DNA of 64,000 nucleotides, taken from Paraspadella gotoi. Taxonomy: Eukaryota; Animalia; Chaetognatha. The position numbers and the translations under genes are program-made. Every line of letters starts with the position of its first letter. The first letter of the stretch is position 1. The stretch spans positions 27,096,631 through 27,160,630 of the forward strand of contig CM119263.1 in assembly GCA_051294375.1 (NCBI GenBank), written 5' to 3'. The notes under the pieces are model-generated. The model did no database searches. It was given only the letters and a program-made list of their open reading frames with translations, and had not been told where the DNA came from. Shown one piece after another: positions 53,213 through 64,000 of the stretch.

Positions 53213-55471
53213 TTAATCGTGTAAAAGAATAATGAGAGACGGCAAAATTAAAAATATCATACAAGGTAAGTTTGCAAAATCGGTTATTTTTTTAACAATC
53301 CAGCTTCTAAAATTGTATACATCTAAAACGGAATTCATCAATTTGCCTGGGAGAATTGAACATTTAACCATCGATAAGGGGTAAGATGTAGTTGTTGAAC
53401 AACACTGCCAAATTTCTTTCAAATCGGCCATCATAAAGTGGATGAGACCATCTCTCTCTACTCTGCCCTCCTCTCCATCACCATCGCGAACCCTTTTTCT
53501 ATTATAGTTTGATAAAATGTAGAGACAAGTGTAAAACAAAGAAAACATCAGAATAAAAATCCACCTTTTGAAAAACTCGTTATTCTTTCTTCTGAATGGG
53601 ATAGCAAAGAGCGAGTTAAAGAAAGGAAAAAACGAAAGACAAAAGAGAAAAAAATAGTTTTCGTGGAAAATATGCGTTAAGTAAAACCTCGTGACAGTTT
53701 CTTGTATAGTAAATGGAGCAACTGGCCCCTTGTAGGACCCATTCCTTAAGCAAATATTTATATATTTTTCAATGTTGAAGTCATTATTCAAGTATTGGAT
53801 TGACACGAAGAAGAGAAATGGAACGCAGAGTGAAAAAATAATTGACAAAAAGATTAGCGTCCAGGATATCATTTTGCTTTTCGCGCAAGTTAAGATTTTT
53901 TTTTGTAGCAATAAAATAAAAAAAACAAAAGCTAATGGGAAAAAATTAGAAACTAATAAGAAATTTGATTTTCCTTGTTTTAACGTTGATGGCGTTTTCA
54001 TAAACATCAAAACGAAAAAAAAACAAACGGACTCCAAGGCTAAAAAATATTTCATAACCATTCTTTTAAGAATTAAAAGTATAAGTGTATCCATCAAAAA
54101 AAAGAGCGCCTCAATAGAAATTAAAATAAGTACGAGTTTATTTCTTAGTAAAAAAAATAAAGTATTGTTGCCATGATACACCAAAAATAGTAAACTGTGG
54201 AAGATGATGCCGCGAGCAGTCATTTTTTTGACAGATAAAGGTTTTGATGGAAATAAAGAAATATAATAATTATTTACACTTCTTTCAAATTTTTGTGTTT
54301 GACTGTCATATGCAACAGCGTTTACATGAAAAAAATCCGGTCTAATTAGTTTAAACCTAGACTGCCATTTACTATTCGCATTAACAAATAACCAACTATT
54401 CGAGGTGAGATTAAGAGTATTAATTAAAAATTTGTGGCGACGGTAATTCAAACTGATCGAAAATAAAAACAAATTAAAAAACCCAGTGCAAATTCTTTGA
54501 AAAGAATCTTCATTCATTTTTATTACAGATGGATGGTCGAAAAAATAGTAGTTATTCCAGATCGATTTGGCAAAGTACGCGAGTTCTGATGGGGTGAAAA
54601 CTCGTAAAAGTAAAAAAGGAGCAAATATTAAAAAGATGAAGGAATGTTTCAAGGTGTTTGAGAAAATCATGTAAAGCCCAAGTCCAAGGCCCAAAGTGCT
54701 TTGGATGCACCCCAAAAAAGAGCTAACCACTATTAGTTGTGTTCTCTCTGTAAAGCCTCGCGCTTTTACAAGTATCCCGACCATTGACGTACAAGATAAG
54801 GCTATAGAGACAAGAGTAGAATAATTTGTAATCTTCCAGCTGCAAACGTAAGCCCAATCAAAAGTGAGGCCCTTCTCGCAAAAACACTTTGTATTAATAT
54901 CTTTAAGGCTGTCATTTATTTTTAGATATTTAAATACCGATCCATTCAGTTTCGTCTCGGAAACATAGGTACTTAGTGTTAGCGATTTCAAGCTGGGCAG
55001 ACACAGCTCATTGTTTATCTTGATCATCGTAAAAATTATTGATGCAGTTTGAAGAAGCAATTGCCAAAATGATTCAAATAAAGCTTGTATAAAATTTAAA
55101 TGAAAAATATTATTTTCTTTAAATTTGAAAACCAGCAAATTTTGGGCTTTTCTTGTGAGATAAAAATCAAAGGAGACAGGAATGATGGACAATCCCACAA
55201 GGTGAAAGAGAAAGGTCAACGCTCTTTGCAAAGGAGTACTCCATAGGTTGACAAAATGTTCTTGGTGCTTCATAATGATCCGCAAACTGTAGATCATTGA
55301 AATCAGGCAATGTGATAAGAATACTAATAAAAATAATAGGCCCAATGAAGTAAAGAAAGGCTCGTTGAAAGAGAGATGATCTGCGACGGTCTTCAAATCC
55401 GTCAACAGGTCGGTGACAGAGAGAAGCATCGTGACTACGACTTCAAAATTTTCTAATCTCAATGCCTTCAT
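53213..55471 (-). CDS. Uninterrupted multi-pass membrane protein ORF, XK/Xkr-like N-terminal region, 752 aa (paralog 1)
   Basis: 2.26-kb open frame in AT-rich DNA with many hydrophobic segments. N-terminal D..TD helix (SVTDLLTDLKT), QALFESFWQLLLQ resembling the XK-family E..PQL.LQ motif, and LVSIALS. Collinear similarity to the 57592-60393 ORF. Family call is by motif recognition only. Confidence 0.75.
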   Translation of the reverse strand: MKALRLENFEVVVTMLLSVTDLLTDLKTVADHLSFNEPFFTSLGLLFLLVFLSHCLISMIYSLRIIMKHQEHFVNLWSTPLQRALTFLFHLVGLSIIPVSFDFYLTRKAQNLLVFKFKENNIFHLNFIQALFESFWQLLLQTASIIFTMIKINNELCLPSLKSLTLSTYVSETKLNGSVFKYLKINDSLKDINTKCFCEKGLTFDWAYVCSWKITNYSTLVSIALSCTSMVGILVKARGFTERTQLIVVSSFLGCIQSTLGLGLGLYMIFSNTLKHSFIFLIFAPFLLLRVFTPSELAYFAKSIWNNYYFFDHPSVIKMNEDSFQRICTGFFNLFLFSISLNYRRHKFLINTLNLTSNSWLFVNANSKWQSRFKLIRPDFFHVNAVAYDSQTQKFERSVNNYYISLFPSKPLSVKKMTARGIIFHSLLFLVYHGNNTLFFLLRNKLVLILISIEALFFLMDTLILLILKRMVMKYFLALESVCFFFVLMFMKTPSTLKQGKSNFLLVSNFFPLAFVFFILLLQKKILTCAKSKMISWTLIFLSIIFSLCVPFLFFVSIQYLNNDFNIEKYINICLRNGSYKGPVAPFTIQETVTRFYLTHIFHENYFFLFCLSFFPFFNSLFAIPFRRKNNEFFKRWIFILMFSLFYTCLYILSNYNRKRVRDGDGEEGRVERDGLIHFMMADLKEIWQCCSTTTSYPLSMVKCSILPGKLMNSVLDVYNFRSWIVKKITDFANLPCMIFLILPSLIILLHD

Positions 55472-55984
55472 CTTGTGTTTGAAATGCAGAGTTGAATTCT
55501 GAAGCGTCGTTTTAGAAAGTAAGGAATTGTTATAAATTTCGTTGTCGCGAGATTGATTTACGAGAAAGAATCATGGAACCAAGAAAGGTCAATAGGTCAA
55601 TCAGTAAAGGAAAATGTCAAAGCCAAGTCAGCGACCGATACATGGTGACAATTTTAAACCCGCCGCTATAAAAATGCTGCCATTTGCAAACCAGTGCTTA
55701 TTTTATGGATTTTGAAAGTTAGTTTAATAAAAAATACCAAAGTCATTTATATGTATAAATTTCATCTTGATCAGTTAAGATATTGTTGATAATGAGTGGA
55801 AAAGGGGCTTTCATTTTCTAACTCAAAGTTTTTAAATTTAATTTTTTTTTAACCTCTTGTATTTTTAAAAAAAAAATGAATTAAAATATTATTAATAAAA
55901 TCTTAAAGTATAGTGATCTCGCCAGACGTTAATATCAAAGATAATTAATGAAAAAATCAGGAAAAAAAAAGTAATGCGATAATG

Positions 55985-56295
55985 AATTGATTGATTGTTG
56001 TAATAATAAATAATTGATGTAATAATAATTGATTGATGTAATGATAATTGATTGATGTAATAATAATTGATTGATGTATTAGTAAATGATTGATGTAATA
56101 GTAATTGATTATTGTAATAATAATTATTTGATGTAATACTAATCGATTGTTGTAATAGTAATTGATTTTATGAAATTGGTACAACCAATATAAAAATTAT
56201 CCATTCATTTAATAAATAAGCTATCTTGCCCCTGACTTTGGACTTTGGACTTATGTAATATTAATTGATTGATGTAACATTAATTAATTGATTAC
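55985..56295. repeat. Minisatellite, ~21-bp unit TAATTGATTGATGTAATAA(TAA)
   Basis: About ten or more degenerate units, interrupted by the retroposon copy. Confidence 0.8.
56172..56250 (-). mobile_element. Short retroposon copy inside a minisatellite
   Basis: Reverse-complement 3' fragment; duplicated GTCCAAA at the 5' junction; ATAA on both sides in element orientation. Confidence 0.75.
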
Positions 56296-56381
56296 TTTTC
56301 ATTTTTGTTTTGTTGCGATTTGATTTAGAACAAAGTTTTTAAAAAAGAGTTATAACAACTATTTTATTTCATAGTGAAACG

Positions 56382-56415
56382 GACATGTTTCGACTCACAT
56401 ACGAGCCTTCTTCAG
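56382..56415 (-). ncRNA. Minimal type I hammerhead ribozyme motif (core intact, helix I weak)
   Basis: Minus strand reads CTGAAGA-AGGCTCGTATGTGAGTC-GAAA-CATGTC. Confidence 0.65.
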
Positions 56416-57090
56416 TGCCAATTCAATTTTTTGAAAGGTTTTAACTATCCTAATTAAATTAAGGCTGGGCAGGTTAAATTTTATACTGCAGTATACGTCA
56501 ATACATCATTTTCTTCATATTTGCAAGGGCTTTCAGAAGATAATAATATTGATACTATTTTATTTAAAATTTCTTTAAAAAGCTTAGTGAAAGTCGGAGA
56601 AAAAAATTGAATATAAAAAGAGTGAGTTTAAAAATGAGAGACGGTTTTCAAATCGATCAAATAAAAAAACTAGGGCATATAAAAATCGATTCATATAAAG
56701 TTTGCACATATAAATAGTTTTGATTTTTACTTTTAAATTAGTATAAAACATTAAAAAAATCTTTACGAATTTGCAAATGACAGCTTTTTTTTAGCCGCTG
56801 GTATATAATTGTCACCATATATATCGCAAAATTAAAAAAATACCCAAGCGGCGTTTTCAGTGGTCAGAAATATCATGTAATAAATGATTCGAAATTTTGA
56901 TATCAAATTTAATTTTTTAATGAGATTACTCTGAAAAAAGCAACAAAAAAATTGCGAGTATGTATTTTGGTATTTCATCTGTGGGAGAGTAAAAATTAGA
57001 TGAATTAAGACAGAAATGGAAAAGAGGGAAATAATGATATTTTTAAGAAAATATAAACCATAATTTTGATTGAATTATTTCAAAGTGAGT

Positions 57091-57397
57091 AAAAAATTGG
57101 ATGAATTATTAGAAAAAAAGAGAAAAATACAAAAAGATATGGAGACAACAACAGCTATAAATTTATCAAAAATAAAAAAAATTATAGAGCAAAACCTTGT
57201 TGAAAAAATCTCTTGACATTCTTGTCATTAATTAAAATGTTACCAAAAAAAATTGGATGAATTATTATAAAAAGTAAAAAAATATAAAAAGATATGGAGA
57301 CAACAACAGCTATAAATGTATCAAAAATATAAAAAAAATTATACAGTAAAACCTTGTTGAATGAATCTTTTGACATGTTTGTCGTTTATTAAAATTA
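57091..57397. repeat. Diverged tandem duplication, ~156-bp unit
   Basis: AAAAAATTGGATGAATTATTA...GATATGGAGACAACAACAGCTATAAAT...AAAACCTTGTTGAA occurs at 57091 and 57247. Confidence 0.8.
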
Positions 57398-57591
57398 TAA
57401 AAAAATCAAAAAACAGAAAACATTGAATTAAGAAATTGAAAAGATGGTTAAAAATATTTCAAATATTAAACCTATCTTTAAAACTAAAAAACTCTTTGTT
57501 TGGATATAAAAATTGGATTGGTGGATTGTTAAAAAGGATTGGCTGGTCAGTGATCATAAAGGTTATCTTGAAGGGTTTAACTTTAATTTAT

Positions 57592-60393
57592 TCACTTCAA
57601 TGTCAGCAAAAAAAATGGATAAATTACTAAAAGCAGAGAAAAAAAATAAATAGGTTTGGAATTTCGTTGTTGAATTACACGCTCTAGTCGGTTGAAAGTG
57701 TTGTTAACATAAAACTTTAAGTAATAATTAAAGCTTTTTTTATAACTCATTTTCAAAAAAAGGGTCATTATGACGTGCTTTATATGGGGTTTTAGGTTTT
57801 TGCCTCTGAGATGATTCCGTTTGCAACTAAATTCTAGTTTTGAAACCTGTTGAAGCACAATCAATTCTAATGATCTATGATGCATATCATTAAATTCAAA
57901 GTTCATTGCTTGATTTATGAATCCGAGTTTCCAAGTCATTGCTTCAAAGTCCCACATTGAAAGTTGTCCATATATTTTTGAAAAAAATTGATGCACTGGA
58001 AGGATACTTATCGGGAGTGTTAGGAAAATAAGTCTGATGGAAAACTTAGAAATTTTGAAACATAAAATATGATTTATCAAATGAAAAATTGGAAATGAAG
58101 CTAAAAAATATAGAATCCAAAAGTTTTCCTTTAAGTAAATCCAATAAAGCAATTTTATTTTATAACTGAAAAATTTAGTATCCAAATTGTTGTCCAATTT
58201 ACACAGAAACTTAACTTCATTAAGCACATTAGATTTAAGAATGTCTGGAAAAATAAAAACTATTACCTGAAAAATTACAGAAAAAAATATTAGAGCCCAT
58301 GATAAAATTAATTTGTATTTTTTTAAGAACATTTTTTTTAATAGTCTGAAACCCCTAAAAATGAGCATGATGTAAGAAAGGTTGTAAAAATAAGATAAAG
58401 ATTTTGCACAAATGTATAATTGCTCTTGTAAGTCAAACACTTCTCGAGTTTTCATTTTCATTGCAAGAGAAAGACCTTCCCCAAGCCTTCTGTTATTCCC
58501 TTTCCATTTTATGTCCAATAATAATCTAAAAATAGTAAAATTCGAAGAAGGAAATTCTCCAGCCAACTCCAATGAATGCACAAAATCATTTAGCGACTCA
58601 TAAGCACGCTTTCTTTTCTTTTTTTCTGTCAGTGTCCCAGCATAAATGGTAAAGTAAAATGATTGCTGGAGATAATTTAAAAATATCAATAATTGAACCA
58701 ACAAAATAGCTAAGATATATTTTGCGTGGTTTTGAAATTGTTTCTTTAAAAAAAGGTTAAAGCAGTTAAAGACAAATCCAGAGATAAAGTCAAAGAGCAT
58801 CAATAGTAAGATCAAGGAGAAACTAGGGGTCATTAGGTTATAATTTCCTAACCTAAGAACCACATTTGGAATAGTTGACTCTTTAATGTGAATTTTGCGT
58901 AATCTTTTTCGAATGGGATGTCGGCAGTCCTCGTCAACATTAGTAGCATTTGCTTTGTCTTTAAAAAACATACTAGGTTTCCAGTCGATGATGTTTCTGT
59001 CAAAGCCCTGAAAATGTAGACAATTGGTGGTAACTTGATTGAAAAGTTTCCAAGCACTACTGTTTTGATATGTATGAAAAGATTTTTTTTTACACTCAAC
59101 GTACAACAGTTGTTGAGTGGAATCATTTGGCTCATTACTTGGTCTCCAAATATTGTGATAAAACAAGAGGCGCGGCATGTTATCCCTTTTAAGAGTAGCC
59201 AAGCCCCAAATAAGAAACACTGTTGAATACTCCCTGGGATAATTCGTGACAAATTCTGGGTCATCCAAATATTCTGTGACAACGACACTCTTCTCCACTT
59301 CATTGAAAAAAGAAAACAAGAAAAAACTTGTAAAAGAAACCAGCAGAAGCTGAGTAAGTCTTGGCTTTTGACACAACGCGACGCGCTCATAGTTTAATTG
59401 AGAATGAAGAAACATTGATCTAAGTAGATGCACCAGTTCGGATGGAGTAAAAACTCTAAGTGGTATAAAAGAAACAAAAATTCCAAACCAGAGATTAATC
59501 TTGATGCTGAAATTGAATATCATGTAAAGACAGACAGATGCTCCAATCAATGATTGAATCAAGCCAGTGGCCTCTAGGAATTTTAATTTTATAAATGAAG
59601 AATTGTAAGGTCCCATGACATTATACTCCAATTTTCGAAATTGCAATGCCCCTTTCGTCAGACCAATCAAGGAAATTGCGATTGAAACCAATTGAAAAGT
59701 ATTATCCCGAATGTTCCATCGACAAACAAATTCTCTGTGTCCGATGAATGAACGAACATAGTTGCATGTACAAACTTCATTTATGGATTTAATCGTGCCA
59801 TTAACAATTTTATGAAGGAAACCTTGAGTAGCCGCATTTGCCTGGTAGTACTTTGGTAGGACGTCTATATTGTCGTCGGGTAAATATCTAATGTACTTTT
59901 TTGGCAGCAGAACTTCTTCAGGAAAACAATGTTTATTCTCGCTGTCTGCACTGGTTAGAGAGATGATCAAGCCTCCAATCTGTACTAAGAGTTGCGGGAA
60001 GTCTTCTACCAAACAATGTAAAAAATTGATATAAAACAAAAATTTTTCTTTAGAGGCTAATACATTTTCACGTTCGATTTTTTTCCCCAGGTACAAATCT
60101 AGAGAAACGGGAATAGAACCTAAGCCAAAAATGAAAAAGGCGACAGTCCAACATCGTGCCGACTTTTTTTGCCAAAGTCTTTTGTAGTGTTGCCTTTGTT
60201 TGAACAGCAAATTAACACCGTAAATAGTCGAGATTATACAATGAAGTGTTACAAAAAAACCAACCGCAAATCCAATTCTGCTCAGAAAAACATGTTTTTT
60301 CTTTGCGTAATCTTTTGCAGTTTTCAAGTCGGTGGCGATGTCAAAAACATTTAGTGCGGAAGTGATGAGTGGTGGAAACATTCGGAGATCCAT
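57592..60393 (-). CDS. Uninterrupted multi-pass membrane protein ORF, XK/Xkr-like N-terminal region, 933 aa (paralog 2)
   Basis: 2.8-kb open frame; VFDIATDLKTAKDY, HCLVEDFPQLLVQ (XK-like), LVSIAIS; shares LRVFTPSEL and other blocks with the 53213-55471 ORF. Family call is by motif recognition only. Confidence 0.78.
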   Translation of the reverse strand: MDLRMFPPLITSALNVFDIATDLKTAKDYAKKKHVFLSRIGFAVGFFVTLHCIISTIYGVNLLFKQRQHYKRLWQKKSARCWTVAFFIFGLGSIPVSLDLYLGKKIERENVLASKEKFLFYINFLHCLVEDFPQLLVQIGGLIISLTSADSENKHCFPEEVLLPKKYIRYLPDDNIDVLPKYYQANAATQGFLHKIVNGTIKSINEVCTCNYVRSFIGHREFVCRWNIRDNTFQLVSIAISLIGLTKGALQFRKLEYNVMGPYNSSFIKLKFLEATGLIQSLIGASVCLYMIFNFSIKINLWFGIFVSFIPLRVFTPSELVHLLRSMFLHSQLNYERVALCQKPRLTQLLLVSFTSFFLFSFFNEVEKSVVVTEYLDDPEFVTNYPREYSTVFLIWGLATLKRDNMPRLLFYHNIWRPSNEPNDSTQQLLYVECKKKSFHTYQNSSAWKLFNQVTTNCLHFQGFDRNIIDWKPSMFFKDKANATNVDEDCRHPIRKRLRKIHIKESTIPNVVLRLGNYNLMTPSFSLILLLMLFDFISGFVFNCFNLFLKKQFQNHAKYILAILLVQLLIFLNYLQQSFYFTIYAGTLTEKKKRKRAYESLNDFVHSLELAGEFPSSNFTIFRLLLDIKWKGNNRRLGEGLSLAMKMKTREVFDLQEQLYICAKSLSYFYNLSYIMLIFRGFRLLKKMFLKKYKLILSWALIFFSVIFQVIVFIFPDILKSNVLNEVKFLCKLDNNLDTKFFSYKIKLLYWIYLKENFWILYFLASFPIFHLINHILCFKISKFSIRLIFLTLPISILPVHQFFSKIYGQLSMWDFEAMTWKLGFINQAMNFEFNDMHHRSLELIVLQQVSKLEFSCKRNHLRGKNLKPHIKHVIMTLFLKMSYKKSFNYYLKFYVNNTFNRLERVIQQRNSKPIYFFSLLLVIYPFFLLTLK

Positions 60394-61162
60394 GTTGTTG
60401 TTGTTTTATGTTCGGCGAAGAAACTGCAAATAATAAAGATAAATGTGTTGCAGAATTTCTTATCTTTTTCTGGTTATGGAGTTTTTTTGCTTCATCCGAT
60501 CATCCGATCCGAATTTGATTCTGGTGGCTTGAAACTCCTGCGATGAGACGGTGCAGGTAATTTAAAACGGTGAGGGGGGGTTTCACCGGCACTATGCTTT
60601 ACGATCGAATATGCCCCAACGTACGATTACCCTGCTCGAACTAATATGCTTACAGCAGACCTAACTTGAACTCTATGATTCACATTTTTGGGCTGTCGGT
60701 CCGCTCCCAAACTTAGATCCTCTCAGAACATCTGTTTTTTTGTCCCTTTGCCTGTCTGTCCGTCCGCCCATTTTAGCTAAACATGGAATGAGTTTTTAAA
60801 ATGAAAAAAAAAAAAAAACAATAGATCAATAATTTTTTTTCTATACTAAATTAACCCGTTCGGATATGACGTTGTTTGTTCAAAGTTGTTTAAATTTCCC
60901 AGAGCTAAATATATGTGTTTTATTTCGAATTTAACAAGGTTGATTCAGTACATACATGAGCATCAAAAAAAGCTAAGACTAAAGACAAAACAAAGTTAAC
61001 CAGTGGCTGCGCCAATACATGTAAATCTCTTTCAAATTTCAAATTTTTTGAATGTTCCTTTGTCTTACAAAAGGCCTCCTGTTTTGTAAAGCCTTCTCAT
61101 AAAATAAGGTGAAAATACAAAGAAGATTTAATAGTAGAAATCTACTATGAAATTAAACTCAA

Positions 61163-61748
61163 TAGGGGCGGGGGTTCAAAACTTTATTCTTGAAGTCTAC
61201 TTTAAGGTAAAAAAGAATTTTTTAAAAAAAGTTCGATTTTAATGCTTTTATTGTTGCTATTAAAATTACAATATTACTATATAATGATAAAAAAAAAATT
61301 TTTAATCAATTCTTAACTTTTTTTGATGGATTCTGATAGAGCATAAAAAGTTAAATAAAAAATTTAACACAACTTTCCAAAATATTTATGTTTTCTTGGT
61401 CAAAATTAAGAAAAAGTAATAAAATTATCGAAAAATGATGATGATGATGATTATAAATAGTTTTTTCATATTTTTCACATACTTATGATTAAAATATCGA
61501 AAAAGAATTATACTTTGTGTAGACAACTTTTTGCAAGCTACCTGAATCTGATCTTAAAAATCAAAAAATCAAAAAAAAAATTTTTAGCCTTTCCTATTTA
61601 GAAATAATATTTTAAAAATTAATATATTGAGTATGGAGTAATATAAAAAAATTGTCTATTCAAATTTTTTTAAAAATGTCTAAATTTTTCGTTTGAGCAG
61701 GTGCTTAATTCAATTTCTTAACCACCTTACTGAGTTAGTCTCCCCCTA
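61163..61748 (-). mobile_element. Inverted copy of the second DNA-transposon subfamily
   Basis: TAGGGG...CCCCTA ends; reverse complement matches 32371-32830. No TSD found. Confidence 0.55.
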
Positions 61749-62059
61749 TTAATAGGACTGTTCTTTTGTTTCAGAAAAGATTTACAAAGATTGCTTGAAA
61801 ATTACCACTATAGACGAAACAAGGTTAAAGTTATCGATTAAAATATTCAATCATTAAAGAATGCGACAATTCTCTTGAGAACTAAATTTTTCGAACAGTA
61901 GATCTTAGAAAATAAAATTCTTTCTACGTTCGTTAAACATGGCATTAATGTCACAGTAACCAAATAAAATAAGGTTCCTTTTAGTTCTGTAGACTTTTCG
62001 TCTGTCTTTCGTCAGCGGATTTCGTTCGCGAAGATGAAAACATAAAAATATTAACATAA

Positions 62060-62248
62060 GTAATCATTTTATTTCCATTTTCCGGCGTTGGATCGATTTT
62101 CCGAGCTCGAAGACGTCAGAAAGTCACGTGACTAGGAACGAAGATAATTTTTGTGTCGGTGTCGATTTATTTTGTTTCAGAGAGAGGCAGGGGCAGGGGC
62201 AGGGGCAGGGGTAGGGACAGGGGCAGGGGCGTGTTTCTTATATAAAGC
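62060..62248. promoter_or_regulatory. Promoter-like cluster: palindromic E-box, (GGGGCA)n G-quadruplex-prone tract, TATA-like box
   Basis: AGTCACGTGACT at 62122-62133; seven G-runs at 62190-62229; TATATAAAG at ~62239-62247. Confidence 0.4.
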
Positions 62249-62336
62249 TTAGATTGAATATTTCTTTCATGCTTTTTATAGGTAAAAGTTTTCTTTTTCT
62301 TTTGACCCTTGCTAATATTTTTATTAATATTTTAGG

Positions 62337-62450
62337 AAAAAACAGTTTTGGTGGTAAACAACGATTTTTAATTGACAAAATAGTCGGATATGTTTCGACT
62401 CTTGTTTTTGCGAGTCTTCATCGTTGTTTGCCACCAAACTGTTTTTTTTC
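62337..62450 (-). mobile_element. Truncated hammerhead remnant enclosed by ~29-bp inverted repeats
   Basis: Minus strand 62424-62387 reads (AC)GATGA-AGACTCGCAAAAACAAGAGTC-GAAA-CATATC. Flanked by GAAAAAACAGTTTTGGTGGTAAACAACGA (62337) and its imperfect inverse (62421-62450). Confidence 0.5.
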
Positions 62451-62982
62451 TTAATTCCGAAACGCAACGAAAAGAGAGAAAATTAATAATGTCTATTAAT
62501 ATTTGAAAATCTAAATCTTAAAATAGTGAAACAATGTAATTTTGCAATTTTCCTAAGGATTATACTTTCCAACATTTTGTAAAAACTTTAAATTGATTTT
62601 TAAAAACTTTTTTAAAATTTTTTAGAAACTAACCCTATCTTATGTGAAAGGATCAGTTTAAATTACCCCTTAAAGGTCGCGACATTACTCGAACTTGTAA
62701 TAACTTAAACGAATTGATTATTAAAAGAAGAGGAACTTATTAACAGTTACTATCAGAGGTGTCCAAAGACCAAAGGCAAACACCTTTGTCGGTCGGTCGG
62801 TCGGTAATAAAATAAGGACCAGTTTCCTCGGCAGCGAAACTTACCTTACTTCATGCCTTAGCTGCCGGAGAATATAAAAAAATATATTTTTTTCTATTTT
62901 ACAAAACAACTGTTAAAAATAAAATAACATTTCTTATTCAAACTCTAACCGTTCGATGAACCGCCTTAAACTGCTTGAGAAG

Positions 62983-63085
<103 letters not shown>

Positions 63086-63437
63086 CTTTTTCCTCTACCA
63101 CTTTCGAATTCTACCCCTCGACGCGCAATTTTCTCCACCCATCTTACCCCACTCCCACCTTCCCACCCACCTTCCCCTTCTTCACCCCCTTCGCCCCAAA
63201 AGCGACGACCACCAACTCTCGTCTCTCTCGACCCAACGAGGCGAATTCTTTTCATTTTTCACTTTCACTTTCTTCGGCCTAATTTACGTAACGCCGAAGT
63301 CGAATCGGCTCCTCATCGCGTCGTTTAGAAATTGAGGAGTCGACGAATGAATAGCGCCGACGACGCCGATGCTCGAACGATTTCTCCGCGGCGCTCCTTT
63401 TTTTTCTGCTTTTCTTTATGACATTTTTTTTCAAGCG

Positions 63438-63520
<83 letters not shown>

Positions 63521-63829
63521 CTCATATCTAAACCCGCAATCATAGTATGTTTTTCCCGCTCTGTTCCCTCTTCTTTTTCTTCGCTTTCTTTATTTCGTAT
63601 CCAATGTCTTCTTTTACTTTTTTTTTTTTGTCGTTTTTTACAACAATTTTTTTTAAAATTCAATAAAATGTATTTATTAATATTTAATCTAAGTTACTTT
63701 ACTTAAATAAATCGTTCTCTATCCCGTCTTTAAATTAAAATATTCTAGAACCTATCTTTCCTTCCTTCTTTCCTCACCCTCCTTTTCTTCCGCGCCACAC
63801 GCGCCTCTCTCTCTCTCTCTCTCTCCCTT

Positions 63830-63882
<53 letters not shown>

Positions 63883-64000
63883 GTTTGACTTTTTTAAGTC
63901 ATATGGAAACCCGAGTTTTAATCAAAATCGAACAAGAAAAAGAGAGAATACAGAAAAGGTTAGAAAAGGTTAAAACGACCAAATCTGACGTTTAGTTCTC

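Larger units (their letters stand above)
55641..56819. mobile_element. Tc1/mariner-like MITE between the two XK-like genes
   Basis: ~50-bp imperfect TIRs CATGGTGACAATTTTAAACCCGCCGCTATAAAAATGCTGCCATTTGCAAA and inverse at 56771-56819, TA flanks. Contains a minisatellite, a retroposon copy and a hammerhead motif. Confidence 0.65.

Noticed and set aside
55985-56295. Regularly spaced short repeats resembling a CRISPR array
   Set aside because: No unique spacers, eukaryotic context, no cas genes; it is a minisatellite.

Overview
Eukaryotic, metazoan (invertebrate-type) genomic DNA with GC-rich exons, short AT-rich introns and many (CT/GA)n microsatellites. Five protein-coding genes lie on the minus strand: a complete 15-exon laminin gamma chain (~1648 aa); an 18-exon MORC3/4-type GHKL ATPase with CW finger (~1216 aa) ending only ~400 bp upstream of it; a 7-exon 4-coumarate-CoA-ligase/firefly-luciferase-like adenylating enzyme (~549 aa, one GC-AG intron); and two tandem, uninterrupted, divergent multi-pass membrane ORFs (752 and 933 aa) with an XK/Xkr-like N-terminal signature. 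The non-coding DNA holds five minimal type I hammerhead-ribozyme motifs (one intact; Penelope/retrozyme-type), a young 5'-truncated tail-less retroposon in five copies, hAT-like elements with 8-bp TSDs, two Tc1/mariner-like MITEs, a Helentron/HINE element and a 178-bp intronic foldback element. About 33.3-50.2 kb consists largely of redundant, indel-ridden copies separated by N gaps plus a poly-T tract, most likely long-read gap-filling artefact. All gene models were read by eye; exon lengths sum to intact reading frames.
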